Made by a program: the position numbers and the translations under genes. The notes beneath the pieces are model-generated. The model saw only the letters and a program-made list of their open reading frames with translations, was not told the origin of the DNA and did no database searches. Shown here piece by piece: positions 11,411 through 25,900 of a stretch of 64,000 nt of DNA (the first letter of the stretch is position 1; the number at the start of each line of letters is the position of its first letter). The DNA lies in NCBI GenBank assembly GCA_025201805.1, contig MU619254.1, forward strand, positions 1 through 64,000, read 5' to 3'. The DNA is from Parasitella parasitica NRRL 2501 (lineage: Eukaryota > Fungi > Mucoromycota).

Positions 11411-14400
11411 TTAAGCTTCTGATGAAAGAGGTTGAAGGACATCAAAGGACCCAGTACCACCTTCAACAACACGACCAACCACGATACGAGATGATGGCGA
11501 CTCGAGCGTATCATAATCACCATGCCTATAATAACATTATGTTAACAAAAACACCCAACAGTAAACAATCTATCAACTTACAGCGTAGCTTCCGTTAAGA
11601 ATTTACAAGTAGATTCAAAACTCATCTTGAGGAATGGAGCAACGTTTGAACCAATACCAATACGGGAGAATGGCTTGTAACCACCTTCGAATGTCATGTA
11701 ATCAGCGATAACCGTTAAATGACGACGATCCACCTTGATACCGTAAACGCCAAACACAGCAGCAACTTCCTTGATAACAGCGTTTCTGGCAGCCTCCACG
11801 CCATAGGTGTTCAAAATAGCAGCAATATCGTTGGTATCGATAAAGTTGACATCGATCAGATCCGCAAAAGGCCACATACCTCTCAAATTGACGCCCTCAG
11901 TTTGAAGACGCTTGGAAGTGTCGTTTTCTGTAGGGTTGACATACTCGAAACAGGTTTGTATACCCTTGATTTCATGCACAACAACACGAGAGCAAGACTC
12001 TTCAATCAAACCGACCATCAAAATCTTTTTGGTATCGGCAGGGAACACCATGTCAATTTGACAGTAGGCGCCGTCGACATCGTCAAACACAAACTTCTTG
12101 CAGTATTTGCTCTTTTGGACAGCGTTTAATTCTAGATTACCATTCTTGGACACAGCTCTCTTGGGAACGTCCTCTTCGTCATCGTCACCAGCCAAAACAG
12201 CTTCTTCAAACTCGGCTTCTTCATCTTCAAGAGACTTTTCCACTTCATCCATAGCCACATCATCTTCGTCAGGGCCGTCATAAGTAGCTTGCTGTTTATT
12301 TTGCGCAGATGTACGAGCAGCCTTGGCATCGCCTTCATCGGCAGCATCAGAGTCATAACTATCTTGAGCAGCAGCATCGCCCATATCTTCGTTCAGGTTG
12401 TCGTCATTGTAATCAGTCATCTTGTGGGCCTTTGCAATGTCGTCGACCTTCTTGGTATCTTTGATATCCTTACGGATTAGCTCTTCTAAATCTTTCAAGA
12501 AAGTAGAAGACAAAACTTCTTTGATTCTACTGGCAGTTACGCGATATTCTTGGTGGTATTCGCTTTCATTAAAGAGGTTGAGGCGGATAGAATAAGTCTT
12601 GGTTCTATGGTAATTGTTTTCTGCAGATTTGGCAGTTGTCTTTTCGGTTACTGATACATCGTCGACAAGCTGAGACAAGGTCAGTCTAGACGCAGCCTTA
12701 CAGAATTGCGTCGCCCTCTTGGGAGTAGTTTCGGGACGAAGAGGTAACAACATGGTAGGAGTCTTGATCTTACGAGCAGCTGTCATAATGATTTCACGGA
12801 GACGAGGAATACCCAACGTGACGTTAGCAGCACCATAACCAGCAAAATGGAAAGTATTCAATGTCATCTGAGTAGATGGCTCACCCACAGACTGGGCAGC
12901 AAGCAGACCAACAGACTCACCAGCTTCAACGAGACTGTGCAGATACTTCAGATTCATCAAAGCCTTAAACTTGCTCTTGGTCAAACCAGCATAGCGGGCA
13001 GTGTTCTTTGGGATTTCGGCATCCTTTTCAAAAGGCATCTTGTCAGGGTTCTTTTCCATATAATCCTTCATGGCAATAGCAAAGCGTTCCGAGACGACGC
13101 CAAGATGAGTGCCAGGGTTGTAAACAGATAACGCAGGATCATACTTGTTGGGCTTTTTGAGAGCCTTCTTGGCATAGTCCTCACCTTTCTTGGTTTCAAG
13201 GGATTCCAAAGCAGCCTTGGGATTATACTTTTGGGAAAGGGCTTCAAAATTATGAGCAGAGAAGCTGAATTGGTTAATGTGCTTCGCCTTGATGACATCC
13301 AAAGAATCTTCACCGTAATGAAACTGTAACACAGAGCCGTCAGAATCGCGAACGGTATGATCGTAGTGCACACGTAAGCCTTCAAGATGCTTGATCAAAC
13401 AACGCTGCAGATAGCCAGAACGAGAGGTCTTTACCGCGGTATCAATCAAACCTTCGCGACCAGCCATACAATGGAAATAGTACTCTTGGGGGCGAATACC
13501 AGTCAAGAAACGACCCGTAACAAAACCACCAGCACGAGCACTAGTATCAAAGGGACGGAAAGAGGGGAGAGATCTGCCAGAAACCATAAGGGGCACACGA
13601 CGGCCTTCAAGCTCCTGCTGGCCAAGCAAGCAAGAAATTTGAGTGGCGTTAACGTTGGAGCCCTTGGCACCGGACACTGTCATCAATTGCATGTCATTCT
13701 TGGGGAAAGGACGAACTAGGCCATTAGGAAGACAGGCGGTGGTGATAGCAGAGGTCAATTTGTTAACCTTGGCCTTCATGGCATTGTCAAGACCAGCCAA
13801 TTTGCTGTCATCACGAATCACTTCATTCATACGAAGCTTGAATTCCCTCTTGAGCACCTCGCCGCTAGCAGACTTGGCGGTTTCGGCCAGGCCGAGGAAT
13901 TCCAAATGCGCTTCATCACCAAGACCCTTACCATCATCCAACAGATCTCTACGCCATTTGTCACCTTCTTCTGTCAGGATCAAATCATCCATACGACAGG
14001 TAAAACCATGGTTCTGGATAAACTTGATAAACAGACGGCCCAGTATACTCAAAAGCATACCAGCAGATTCAGGGCCGTAGATTTCATACACGGAATGAAC
14101 AAGGCCGAATGACGAGGCGCCGAACTGAGACTTGTCCAAAATACCGTGAATCAGCTCACCTTCCATGACATTCACATTCTCCTCGTCCTTGCCGTTAGGG
14201 CCCCAAAACTTGGCAGGGACCTTACTCTTGGAGGTCATATTGAGTTGAGCTTTACCCCAAGTAAGGTTCTTGAGCACAGTAGAAATCAGCTGCTTACCCG
14301 TCCACAAGGGCTGAGGCTTAAAGATGGCAGGAGGCAAAGTTTGGATCTTTCCATTACCAGTGCCATCAATTTCAGGGCGGAGAGAGCCATACAGTAGTTG

Positions 14401-16597
14401 GTGGTACTCTTCCTTGGTAAAGAAAGTGTCACGACAGGTCACCCATACGCCGGAATCGACACTGTCTTGGATAAGGCCACGAAGAGGATCACCACTGGTG
14501 GGTACCAGGTATTGGTTGTCAGTGTTGGCAATAAAGGAGGCTTCGGCGCGGGCAACTTCATTTTGGGGAAAGTGAATGTTCATCTCATCACCGTCAAAAT
14601 CAGCATTGTAAGTGTTGCAGTTGGCATAGTGCATACGAATAGTCTTTTCCCCAGGCAAAATACGGGCTTTGTGGGCCATGATGGAAGGCTTATGGAGTGT
14701 GGGCTGGCGATTCAGCAAGAGCATATCTCCGTTGCGAAGATGGCGCAGGACTTTCTTGTTGACGGTCTGAGTACGTGTGGGGTAAGGGTTGTTGCCGGTT
14801 TGGGCAGTGTGAGTGCTCTGAGGGGCCAAAAGCGAATTGGCAAGGGCAATACGGGATTCGATGCTCAAATCAGCCAGGACGTCGATGGACTGGTCTTCGT
14901 TCTGAACGTGAGTAGCACCAGGCCATTTGTTGGGCCCATTGATAACAGCCTGTCTCATTTCCTTGATATTGTGCGGCGTAACAGGCTCTGGATAAGTGAG
15001 TTTGGTTGCAAATACAGGAGGGATACCGATTTCAGACGTTTCGATGAAAGGATCAGGCGAGATAACAGAGCGGGCAGCAAAGTTGACACGCTTACCCATC
15101 ATATGCTTTCTGAACAAACCTTCCTTCTTTTCCAGTGCTTGGCGGATACCAGGAGGCAGGGTCTTTCCTTGCGCAACTTGAGCAGGGTTCTTTGTCGAGT
15201 CGATAAACGAATTGACTGCGTGCTGAAGGTTAACGATGGATTCCACAAAGTTGTTACGGATGCGGTCGACTCTGATCTTGTCAAGCTGCTCTTCGTCTGT
15301 CGCACTCTGCAGGTCTTCAGAGAAATCGCGCACAAGATGGCTGCCCTTGAGGATGGCAGACAGGAGTTCGTTTTGAGGAGATTCAAAAATCTTGTCGCCC
15401 ATTACGGAGGGAGGACGGAAGCGGGTAGGAGCGACTGCCAGAGTCTCGATAAAGAACATATGGTAGGTAGCTTTCTTGATGTAGGAAGGAATTCGAGGGT
15501 CACGAGCACCATACAGCAAAGTAGTAACATCGCCCTCCTTTTCGAACAAGGCCTGAACTTGCTTGCGCACCTCATAATTCGTCATGAAGCGCTGGTCGCT
15601 GTTGTTGAACCCTTTGGTCTGATCGTCAAGGCCAATGTTATCCTTCAGACGGTCCATATGAGCTTGTTCTTTTTTGGTGAGAGCAAGCTGGAAAAGCTTG
15701 GCTGCTCCGTCGCGACGAACAGGAGGAGAAATGCCTTGACAGTTGAGACATTTCTTTGTGTGCACGCATTGCTTCATGAATTCGCCCATGATCTTTTTGC
15801 GGACATCGTTGATCACGGTGACTTTGTAGTCGTTGGCAGCGTATTTACGGGCCTCCTTATCAGCCAGCGAATTCTTGACAAATGTGTCAATGTAATCAAT
15901 ATAATCCTCGGCGTTGGCTAGCAAAAGGCTGGCTTCCTCCATCTTGTCTTCAAGAGTTTCGTCGTCTTTGCTGGCTTTATCCGCCTTTTTGTTGTTAAAG
16001 TAGACTTCATCTAAAGCTTGAGCTTCACGGATCATGCCATGTTGCAACAGGGTTAATTGACCTATATATTTCCTCATCTACATCACATACACATATGTCA
16101 GTTTCACTCTCACAGCGAGCAGAAGGAGGGAAGGGGAGGGGAGGGGAGGGGAGAATTGCAATACATACTACAGCACGAGAAATGCGGAAATGATGGCAGT
16201 AGACGCACTTGGAACGAAGGAGGGCATAAAGACTGTCGAAAAACATTGGGTTGTAAGCAGGAATAGGAACCTCAATGTGACCATAGTGGCCAGGACAATT
16301 GAAATGATCTTGCGAGCAAGTGGCACAACTATATCCGAGAAAATGAGTCAACATACATGATATGTATATCTATCTTTCTATCTATCTATCAAGCTGATAA
16401 ACTCCACTTTACATTTGTGTCTTTTGGTAGGGCCCGAGAGCAGGGTCGTAGAGACCACCCTTTGTAGGATGACCCAATGTGTCGAATAAAACAGGGTTTA
16501 CGATTTGTTTGACAGATATCTTTCTGATTTCATTAGGCTCATAAAACGAGAAAGAGACAGAATCAACCTCTGTGCCAATAGGAACTGATATGTTCAT
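11411..16597 (-). CDS. RPA190: RNA polymerase I largest subunit
   Basis: GGLYDPALGP, CPGHYGHI, KKEGLFRKHMMGKRVN, catalytic YNADFDGDEMN, TQMTLNTFHFAG and KMSFE; last exon ends GGTGSFDVLQPLSSEA*. Confidence 0.98.
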
Positions 16598-17690
16598 ATT
16601 GAGCTGAAAATCTTGTGTAGATTGAAAGGCTGTAAGTTAAAATGTGAACAAGAAGAGAAGATTTTTAGATGTTTCCAAACACATTTTGACTACTGGTTTG
16701 CAACTTCCGCCTCTGAAAAAGTAAAACAGTCGTTTGACGTATCAAGCCACTTGCAATGCATGTACGGCAGTACTACCTACACTATGTTAGTTTCCGATAC
16801 CCTAGTGAACAAATCACAGCTTGTTTTGAAAGAGTTGCCATCTTATAAACTCATTAAAAAGAAGCTAACAGACTAGATTGAATGAACCCTGAATAGCAGA
16901 TAGAGCCACGCGATGCTAGCTTCATGATGAAGGCTTTGTGGAATGAGAGCAGGCTGTGAGAGTATCCATGCCATTAGCTCGAACTATTATGGCTTATTTT
17001 CAATAGTTGCATTGCTTCAGATACCACCAGCCCTGAAATAAATAAAAGAAAAAAAGAAATCAAAATCTAAATGCATACAAGCTTTACAATGTAGGGTTGC
17101 ATTAAGCCTAATCCTTGGTTCCTTTTTCAGAGTAAAGTAGTCTATGTTGATATATACAAAATGTTCGAAAATAGTAGTATATCGTAAATGGCATCATTCT
17201 TTCCTGAACTAATAAAAGCATTACACCCTTCCATGGTTTTATCCAAGTGTATTTATGCGTCATAGGCACGGTATCGGTATCAGCCGTAACCAGTGCATTG
17301 TGGAACCCGACTTGGGTATATTCATGCTGCACCTCAAGTGAAAGCAGACAGTGTGTAGAACACCGAGCAGCACTATATATAATTGTCCTTTGGCTGGCTA
17401 ATTTTATGCTGGATTAAATCATCCGCGACATATGAATTAAGGTTAAATATTTAGGTTCGCTTGTGGAGGAAAAATAATGCTCCATATGGCTCATATTGGT
17501 GCTTGTTGCCTGTCGACAATGAAGTCATTGTTTTATACAGTTAGTTTTACCTGAAAAGGGTAAATAAAATTGCGGTACAGACATTATGTAACTTTCAGGC
17601 TATTTAATTGAAACCCATGAGACAAATGCAGATGGAGAAATATAAAAGGAGCTCTTCTGGATTTCCTTTACCTTGTTTCTATTATACAAA

Positions 17691-18817
17691 ATGTCTGTCG
17701 AAAAAAAGACCATTCCCCTCTATTCTACCAACTACTTTATAGCTTGCACTGTTGCTGGCGTCCTGGCTTGCGGGTAATGTATCCTTTCATCCATGCATTG
17801 CACAACAACAGCACTCATTTTCTCGGCATATTAGACCTACTCATTCGCTCGTTACTCCCCTGGATTTAGTCAAATGCCGCAACCAAGTGAGTTTTATGAA
17901 CAGTCTTCAATTGGTAACAGCAATATTTACATATGCGAGTAGGTGAAACCGGGTCTCTATCCAAATGTGTTTCAAGGCTGGAAGACCATTGCCAAAGCTG
18001 AAGGTTTTCGTGGCATTTTTACAGGCATAGGACCCACCGCCATTGGCTATTCGTTGCAAGGTGCAGGAAAATACGGCTTTTACGAAGTATTTAAATACAA
18101 ATACAGCAACATTGTTGGCGAAGAAAATGCTCATAGATATCGTACTCTGGTCTACCTGTCTGCTTCTGCTTCTGCCGAGTTTATCGCTGATGTATTTTTA
18201 TGCCCGTTAGAAGCGCTCAAAGTCAAGATGCAGACATCTCTGCCTCCGTTCGCAAAGACTACAAGCGAAGGATTTAAAAAGATTATGGCATCCGAGGGTA
18301 TCCATGGTTTCTACAAGGGCCTCGTACCTCTTTGGTGCCGCCAAGTGCCTTACACTATGGTCAAATTTGCCTCCTTTGAAAAGACGGTCGAATTGCTTTA
18401 CAAGACATTTATGCCCAAGCCCAAGTCAGAATACAGCAAGATGCAACAACTGGGCGTCAGTTTTTCTGGCGGGTATATTGCTGGTGTGTTTTGTGCTATT
18501 GTATCACATCCTGCTGATGTGTTGGTATCGAAATTAAACAACTTGCCAGAGGCTGGACCTGGCGAGAAGCAGGCTGGTGCATTGGACGTTGTTAAGAAAC
18601 TGGGGATGCGTGGCCTTTGGACTGGACTTGGTCCCCGTATCTTTATGATTGGTACTCTTACTTCGCTCCAATGGCTGATTTTTGACAGTAAGTACATTTG
18701 ACGATCTTGTCTGCATAGAAAGACGACCAACATTTCATTGAATTAGGCGTAAAAGCATATCTCGGACTCCCAACAACGGGTGGCGCCGAAGAGCCAAAAA
18801 AGTTGAAGCAAGACTAG
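17691..18817 (+). CDS. Mitochondrial phosphate carrier (Pic2/SLC25A3-like)
   Basis: PTHSLVTPLDLVKCR, GYSLQGAGKYGFYE, CPLEALKV, RQVPYTMVKF, SHPADVLVS and MIGTLTSLQW; 4 exons. Confidence 0.93.
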
Positions 18818-19293
18818 ATCATTATACCTCAGAGATTATGTAATGTCAAAGATTTCTACAGGCCGTTTGAAAGTTCAGCTTGAACAGAATAAATTCACTT
18901 TTTAAAAATGTATTTTCAATAGTCGATCATCGGCAGTTTCATTTTTGTAAAGCGGCTCAAGTCATAAATACGCCCATCAGCAGAGTGCTCTCAAAAGTAG
19001 CGAGATGTCTACATCCAAGATATCAATCGAGTATGTTATCGTCAGCATAATACAGTATACACGGATAAAACAAGGTGTAAAAATAAAATAAAAAAATAAG
19101 CGATCATGTTTCTGTTGTATTCCAATGTGAAAACGCTTAAACTCTGAATAATGACAATCAACAAAGCTCTTTTTGAAAAGGGGAGAAAAAAAAATTCTGT
19201 ATATTTAATGTGAGTGTTGGCATTTCGGTGCATGTTCTACAATCATTTCTTTGTCTTTTTGTGATTTTTTTGGTCAACAGATATTCATCAAGC

Positions 19294-19857
19294 TTAGAAT
19301 CTAGGCGGGGGTCCACCACGTCCACCTCTAAAACCACCACGACCACCTCTGCCTCTTGCTGTAAGAAAATACATTAATATATCTTATACGATCCCAACAG
19401 CGATGCTACCTTACCTTGCTGAGCACGAGCTACTGTTGCTCTGCCTCTACCCAAACCAATACCTCTACCTTTAAGACCACCAGGTCCAGCGCCCTTAAAC
19501 ATGGGGGCATTTTTCAGCATGTCTGGGACAATGAAGAATCGAACATGAGATCCACGGATGTAGACTTGATCCAGCTGTGAAACTCTTCCATCACGAGCAG
19601 TAACTGTGATGTCCCTCAATTGAATATTCATGTTATCTTCAGCTGTAGATACAAAAAAAAGAATACGCGAGTTAGCATTAGGCTTAAAGCGCCAACTCTT
19701 CTCCCCGCCCCCCCCCCCTCAAGGCATCGACTGCACTCTTTAACAATATCTTACCTTCTAATAGCTTTCCACGATAAAGCTGTCCTGTTTTTAATTCTAA
19801 AGAGATGATATGACCTTGTGCTTCATGGAGAAGTTTGATGGGGACGCCGATAGTCAT
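19294..19857 (-). CDS. SMD3: Sm protein D3
   Basis: [16 protein letters not shown]...[49 protein letters not shown] plus an RG-rich tail; 3 exons. Confidence 0.96.
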
Positions 19858-20466
19858 TTTATAATATGCGTTTAGAGATATTGGCAAAAAGAAGTAAGCA
19901 AAATGAAAAGAAATTTTAGAACTGGACATGTTATACGAGCCATCCTCAGTGACGTAGAGACAACCACCAGCATGTCATTGGCTAACGACATGACATTTAC
20001 TATTACAAGTGTACTTTATAATGAAAAAGTGAAATGAACCAAGGCGGATAAATCCAAATTATTACTTGCATTTGGTTTCTATTACTGCATCTCGTTCGAG
20101 CGATGCCACTTGCCCTCATTCACATCTTTGTAGAACAGCATTGCAAATCCCAGAAAAGTGATATGGGGGATGTACATGGTTTTTCCAGGATTTTCCAGAG
20201 CATAGGTATCATCTGAAGGTACGCTACGGAGCACAATGGCTTCCAATATGATTAGAGCTACGGTAGTATTATTTAATTCGACTCGTTGCAATGCGATTTC
20301 GCTGAAAATAGCCATGTTGCCCATTGATTTCAACTACAAAAGCCACTTGGAAGGACAATGGCGGTGACTCCTTTTCTGTTCATCTCGACGCTTTGAAAGC
20401 TTCAAGAAGGAACGAAAGAAAAAAAAAATATTTGTTTCGAAAAGCCAAATAGTTGGATTTGACAGC

Positions 20467-21775
20467 ATGAGCAAACTCTTGAAATACAATGGGTACAACT
20501 ACCTCAGACAAAGACTTGTTCTTGCTACGCTGAGCGGCAAGCCCGTTCGTATCGAGAAAATTAGAAGCGATGATGAGAATCCAGGTTTAAGAGGTAGAGT
20601 GGATCAAAGGATGGCATTGACAGATCAAGCACTAAAACCACCATAGATTTCGAGATGAAGTTTCTGAATTTACTGGAAAAAGTTACCAACGGATCGGTCA
20701 TTGAGATTAGCTATACTGGTATTTTGCAGTGAATACAAACCCAATGGGCCATGGCAAATGTGTTGATATCATCATGTTAGGTACATCTATCCTCTACAGA
20801 CCAGGTGCTATTGAAGGTGGACGCATAGAACACGACTGCGGGACGGATAGAAGCATTAGTTACTTTCTAGAGCCCATGATTGCACTTGCGCCTTTTTCGA
20901 AAAAACCGTTTGTCTTGATCTTGCAAGGCATCACAACCGACCATATCGATCCCTCAGTAAGCACATTTTAGGTTACAACGCCTAGCGCAATATTAACAGT
21001 GATGTAACAGGTAGATATAGTTCGTACAGTCTTGTTGCCTCAATTAAAGAGGTTTGGTGTGGATTCAAATTTGGAATTAAAGATTACAAAGAGAGGTGCA
21101 CCGCCATTAGGTGGCGGCGAGGTTGTTTTTTCCTGCGCCCCTATCCGGCAGCTTAAACCAGTTCAGTTTATCGAAGAAGGGCGCATTAAGCGTGTCCGTG
21201 GCATTGCTTACTGTACTCGCGTATCACCACAAACAGCTAATCGCTTGGTGGAATCAGCTCGTTCATTACTAAACAGATACATCCCCGACATTTACATTTA
21301 CACAGATGTGTACAAGGGAGCTGAAAGTGGAAAGTCGCCTGGTTTTGCATTATCGCTAGTAGCCGAGTCAAATACAGATGTTTTATTATCTGCAGAAAAG
21401 GCAGCAGAGCCTGGACAAACGCCCGAAGATGTGGGCGTGATGGCGTCTAAACTCTTGCTGAATGAAATTCGCAAGGGCGGCTGTGTGGACACAACGAGTC
21501 AGTGGCTAAACCTACTACTGATGGTCTTGGCGCCTGAGGATGTTTGCAAGATTAGAATTGGTGAATTATCTGCTTTTACGTAAGTTGTGGAAACGATCGA
21601 CTTTGCTGCTGCTGCTGCTGCTAATGACGTTGTTTACTGTAGCATCCAATACCTGCGTGATATCAAGACATTTTTTGGCGTGTCTTACAAGATTCAACCG
21701 GATGATTCCAACGACACAATCCTGATGACCTGCATGGGCATTGGCTATGTCAACCAAAACAAAAAGACTACTTAG
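20467..21775 (+). CDS. RCL1: RNA 3'-terminal phosphate cyclase-like protein
   Basis: YLRQRLVLATLSGKPVRIEKIRSDDENPGL, EKVTNGS, KRGAPPLGGGEV and GKSPGFALSLVAE; 5 exons. Confidence 0.95.
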
Positions 21776-21930
21776 AGCATTGTACAGAACTAATAAAAAA
21801 TACACATGTAAACCATAGCACTACACTTTTTGCAAAGTGACATGATGTGTTGATACAAACTGCGCTACAGCGCACCCAAAAAGACTGCAAAAATTCTTTC
21901 TTCTTTCTCCTACTACTAATTCGATATACA

Positions 21931-22082
21931 AGATACATACATACAAAAAAAAAATACATACAAAAATACATACAAAATACATACAATATATATATATATA
22001 AACAAACACACACACACACGCTCACACGCTCACACGCTCACATACACACATACATACATACATACGTACATACGTTTACATA
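21931..22082. repeat. Compound microsatellite (ATAC)n/(AT)n/(AC)n/(ACACGCTC)n
   Basis: Visible directly between the RCL1 stop and the RPB11 start. Confidence 0.9.
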
Positions 22083-22096
22083 GACGATAGCACAAG

Positions 22097-22651
22097 ATGA
22101 ACGCACCCGATCGTTTCGAACTATTTGTTATTCCTGAGGGAAGAAAAAAGTATAGTATCCACACATTTTCAAGTGCACAGGACATTCATCCGTATGCAAA
22201 CTTAGGGTGGAGATGGAGGTAGACACAAAGATTCCAAATGCTGCTACTTTTGCTATTGAGCGAGAGGACCACACACTGGGAAATATTCTAAGAGGGTAAT
22301 TCTGATAAATATCGGGCTAGGCCAATTCGCTAAGAAAACAAAAAAAAAAAAATTTCATCTAGTCAACTGCTGAAGGATCCTAGGGTTTTATTTGCAGGCT
22401 ACAAAGTCCCTCATCCTCTCGAACATAATTTTGTCATCAAAGTGCAAACGGTGCCTGGAACATCGCCTGGAAAAGCATTGAAAGACGCAACATCTGAATT
22501 GATTTCAGAAGTGAACGCGCTAAAGAACAAATTCGACATGGAAGTTATTCGCCACCGCACCTTTGAAGACGCAAAAGCCTCGCAGTCTGGCTATGATGTT
22601 GAGTCTATGAATGCCATGGACCACCACGCTGGCATGGACGTAGATTTTTAA
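22097..22651 (+). CDS. RPB11: RNA polymerase II subunit Rpb11
   Basis: [10 protein letters not shown]...[21 protein letters not shown]...[13 protein letters not shown]; 3 exons. Confidence 0.96.
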
Positions 22652-22923
22652 TAGTGCAAAAGCAGGAAAGATAGTAGGAATGCATCTAAAACATTAAAAT
22701 AAACCTTGGATAGAAACCATAATGTGTGCATTGTTGTCTAGTTGATTTCCTGTACAATGCCATGCCATAGACTGGGCTCACAGAATGAGCATTTGGATGT
22801 CGTTTATGGCATCCTTCCTAATTGAAAATTTTGTAGCCCTCGAGTGCAAATGCAGTGAAAATTCGGCGTATCAACCACAAATCTTTGTCTGTCCGAAAAC
22901 TTTACTCTTTTCACTCGTCTTAT

Positions 22924-25900
22924 ATGGCTGAAGAGCTTGTAGAACATCGATTCGTACAAATATTCCACGCCTGTGAAAAGGCGTCGTCCAAACTCGACGA
23001 TTTTTGGAACACGCTTGCTCGAGCATCAACGATCGCTGTGTCTCATGGCTGCGAGAAAGTCTACGCTCGAGCCACGCAAAGCAAGGATCTTGACCTTTTA
23101 CAAACTATTCAGAGTTTACAAAACCTGATACTGACGTACGATGACCCGACAAAAAACACCGTATTTCTGCGTACAATCACACGATTACTGGCCTTCAATG
23201 AAAAGTCATCCGAAACGAGCAAGATGTCCTTCTACCATTGCAAAACAGACACTCAGCAAATCCATCCCTACGCTGTCGTGATGCGACAGAAGCCCCTCTT
23301 GTATCCCAGCTTACTGGAAGAAGTAGACTATCTCTTTGCGAATGAATTGTCGGTCGCCATTGACATTCTGCAAGGATTCATATCAGCTATTTTTCTGACC
23401 AAAACCCCCGTTGACTCAAACGCCCTGTTGATCCGTCTTACCAGCGCCATCATGGCTCTTGGACTCGAAAACGACATTATAACAACCAGCATTTATACGT
23501 GCCTCTGTCAAGTCCTGCATAGGTATCCATTGCAAAAAGAGGACGAGAAATACCTTTCCCTGGTGGATTTCTTGATGTGGATGTCCATCACCAGCAAACC
23601 ATACCAGGGACCGAGTGTCTTTAGTCCTAGCGACTACGTTTATCCTGTTGTTGACCGTTTTGTCACTTTTTGCTCCAAAGGATATCCAATACTCGCCTAT
23701 CTGGCTCGTTTGGAACGCATGGTGGGTTGCTCAGACAGCACGGGCTCCGATGTGCTCTGGGTCTGCTTGTCGTATGGGTTGCTTCGATCGCAAACTATCA
23801 GAGAACAGCAAGCAATCATGCGGCTAATGAAATCTCTATACGGAAAGACCACAGGCAGCTTATCTCGTATTGCTTATTTACCCTTTTATCAGCTGCTGTC
23901 AGAGTTGAACGACAAGGACGCATCAAAAGAGCTAAACACTCTTAGAGATGATACTCTGTTCATGCTCTCTGAGCTCGATGGTATCAACAAGGCTGCGAAT
24001 TCGGATCATAGGCCAATCCAAGTGAGTAACCTGATTTGCTGTGACACTGCACTAGTCGTCTGATTTCTTCTGTAGCTGCAAGCCATCTTAAAAAACAACT
24101 GTATCTACGGTTTGCTTGCTCATATTTTGGTTTATATCGATGGATTTTACAAGGGCATTATCCCTGTCCTCAAGGATGGCTACAGCACAGGACCTGGTTT
24201 TACCTTGATTTTAAACATGCTGTTCAGCACTCCTCATGTCCATGGTCCTGATCTCGATACTCGATGCATTGTTTATTCTCGCATCACTGAACTGTCCTCA
24301 CTGCCAGAGACATCATGCAAATTTCCTATGCTCTTGTTCCTTCTTCGTATGCTTCGTGCATCGTTTGATGAGCCTCGCTTGGTAACTCACCTATTCAAAG
24401 ACGTCATTCCCACACTGGCCGACCCCAATGACCCTACAATCACTAGCAAAGTCCTCCAGGTAATCTTGTCGTCCATCAGCAGCAGCGACACTATGGCTAG
24501 CCTCGGTGTCAAGGCACTAGCCCACACTCATCAACGCCAGCCTCGCGTGTGGCAAGAACTCAAAAAGATATTTGCTGACTGGGTCCTGCGTCGCAAGTCT
24601 GGCACAGTTCACCGCAAAATCGACCTATCCATCAGCGGTCCAATCAAGCTGGAATTGGCCATTCTGACCACAATGCGGGATGTTTGCAAGACAAGGCCAA
24701 GAGAGTGCGCGCCGGATGTGTTGCCCATGGTGATGTCGTTGTTGCAGACTTGCCACGATCTAAGCATGGCATCGCTGTCAATTCTCATGGCCTCCATCAA
24801 CCACTGTATCAACGCTGGCTTGGTAGAGCCCCGTTCCATGTGGAACGTTGCTGTGGTGTATCTTGCTCAATTTGCACTGGATCAAGGGACGCAGAGATCG
24901 ATTCTGCTGGTGCAAGAGTTATGCAAATTCTACTCCATCGCAGGATCCAGGAATGATAGTAGGTTGACATGTGCACTGTATTTTACCCCCCAAAAGAAAA
25001 CATATAAAGTTGATCTGTTTGACTAGTTTCTGAGCCGTACCTCCAATTCAAAGAGACCCTGTTAACTGGTTTCGTGCTGCCACTGATTGATTCTGATGAC
25101 AAACATGCTGCTGGCCATGCTATGCTTGCCTTGTCTGATTTTTCTGCCCAAGATATGGCCAGTATTTTACCTGAAAAGGCGTCTGATTACGTGCAGGCTG
25201 CCGCTCCAGTAGATGATTGCCCCAACAAAAGCCAGCATCTAGTTCTCGCTACGCTCATGTCAAACGAGCTCGACCACATGCGTCGTGGGCTATTCAAAGA
25301 AGAAGCCAACAGGAAGCAGACAGCATCAATTGCAGCTGGCAGCCGAAAGCAGACCACCAATGATGCTGGACAAGTCGTTGGTGAACGCGAGGGTGAACTG
25401 CAAGCAATGCTTTCTCAGCTCTGGGAAGATGCACGTGTGGCACCCGGTCTTCGCTCTGGATACGCTATTGCAATGCTCTACACTCTGAACAGTAGAGACG
25501 CTCCAACAAAACCTACACTTGAAGATGTCAGCAAAGCCAAGTGGTATCGCTTTATGGTCACGTCATTTACGGATGTGTCATTGACGGATCACTTACTTCT
25601 TCGTGTCTCCAGCATCGATTCATGGAAAGCATTCTTCCAAAATGCACTGTCTGAAGCAAAGAACGAGCTGGAAGCCATAGTCTCTGTCCTGCTGAATGAT
25701 TTATCAGCAAGACTAGAAAGAAGCACTGTGCCTGGCGTCACTTGTAACATTGCTATGGCCATTACGGGGCTGGTTCTTGTCGTGCAACTGTACACTCCTT
25801 CATACGCTGCTACCTGTGCAAATGCCACTATCGACATGCTGATGAAAAACTACATTGTTCTCTCTGGATCACCTTTATCGCACTCTGCCCACCTGATGAG

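Noticed and set aside
14398-15921. 507-aa antisense ORF within RPA190
   Set aside because: No recognisable domain; best explained as the mirror frame of a codon-biased gene, which is depleted of antisense stops.
16127-16152. G-run tract in an RPA190 intron (G-quadruplex-like)
   Set aside because: Simple (GGGGA)n repeat with no evidence of function.
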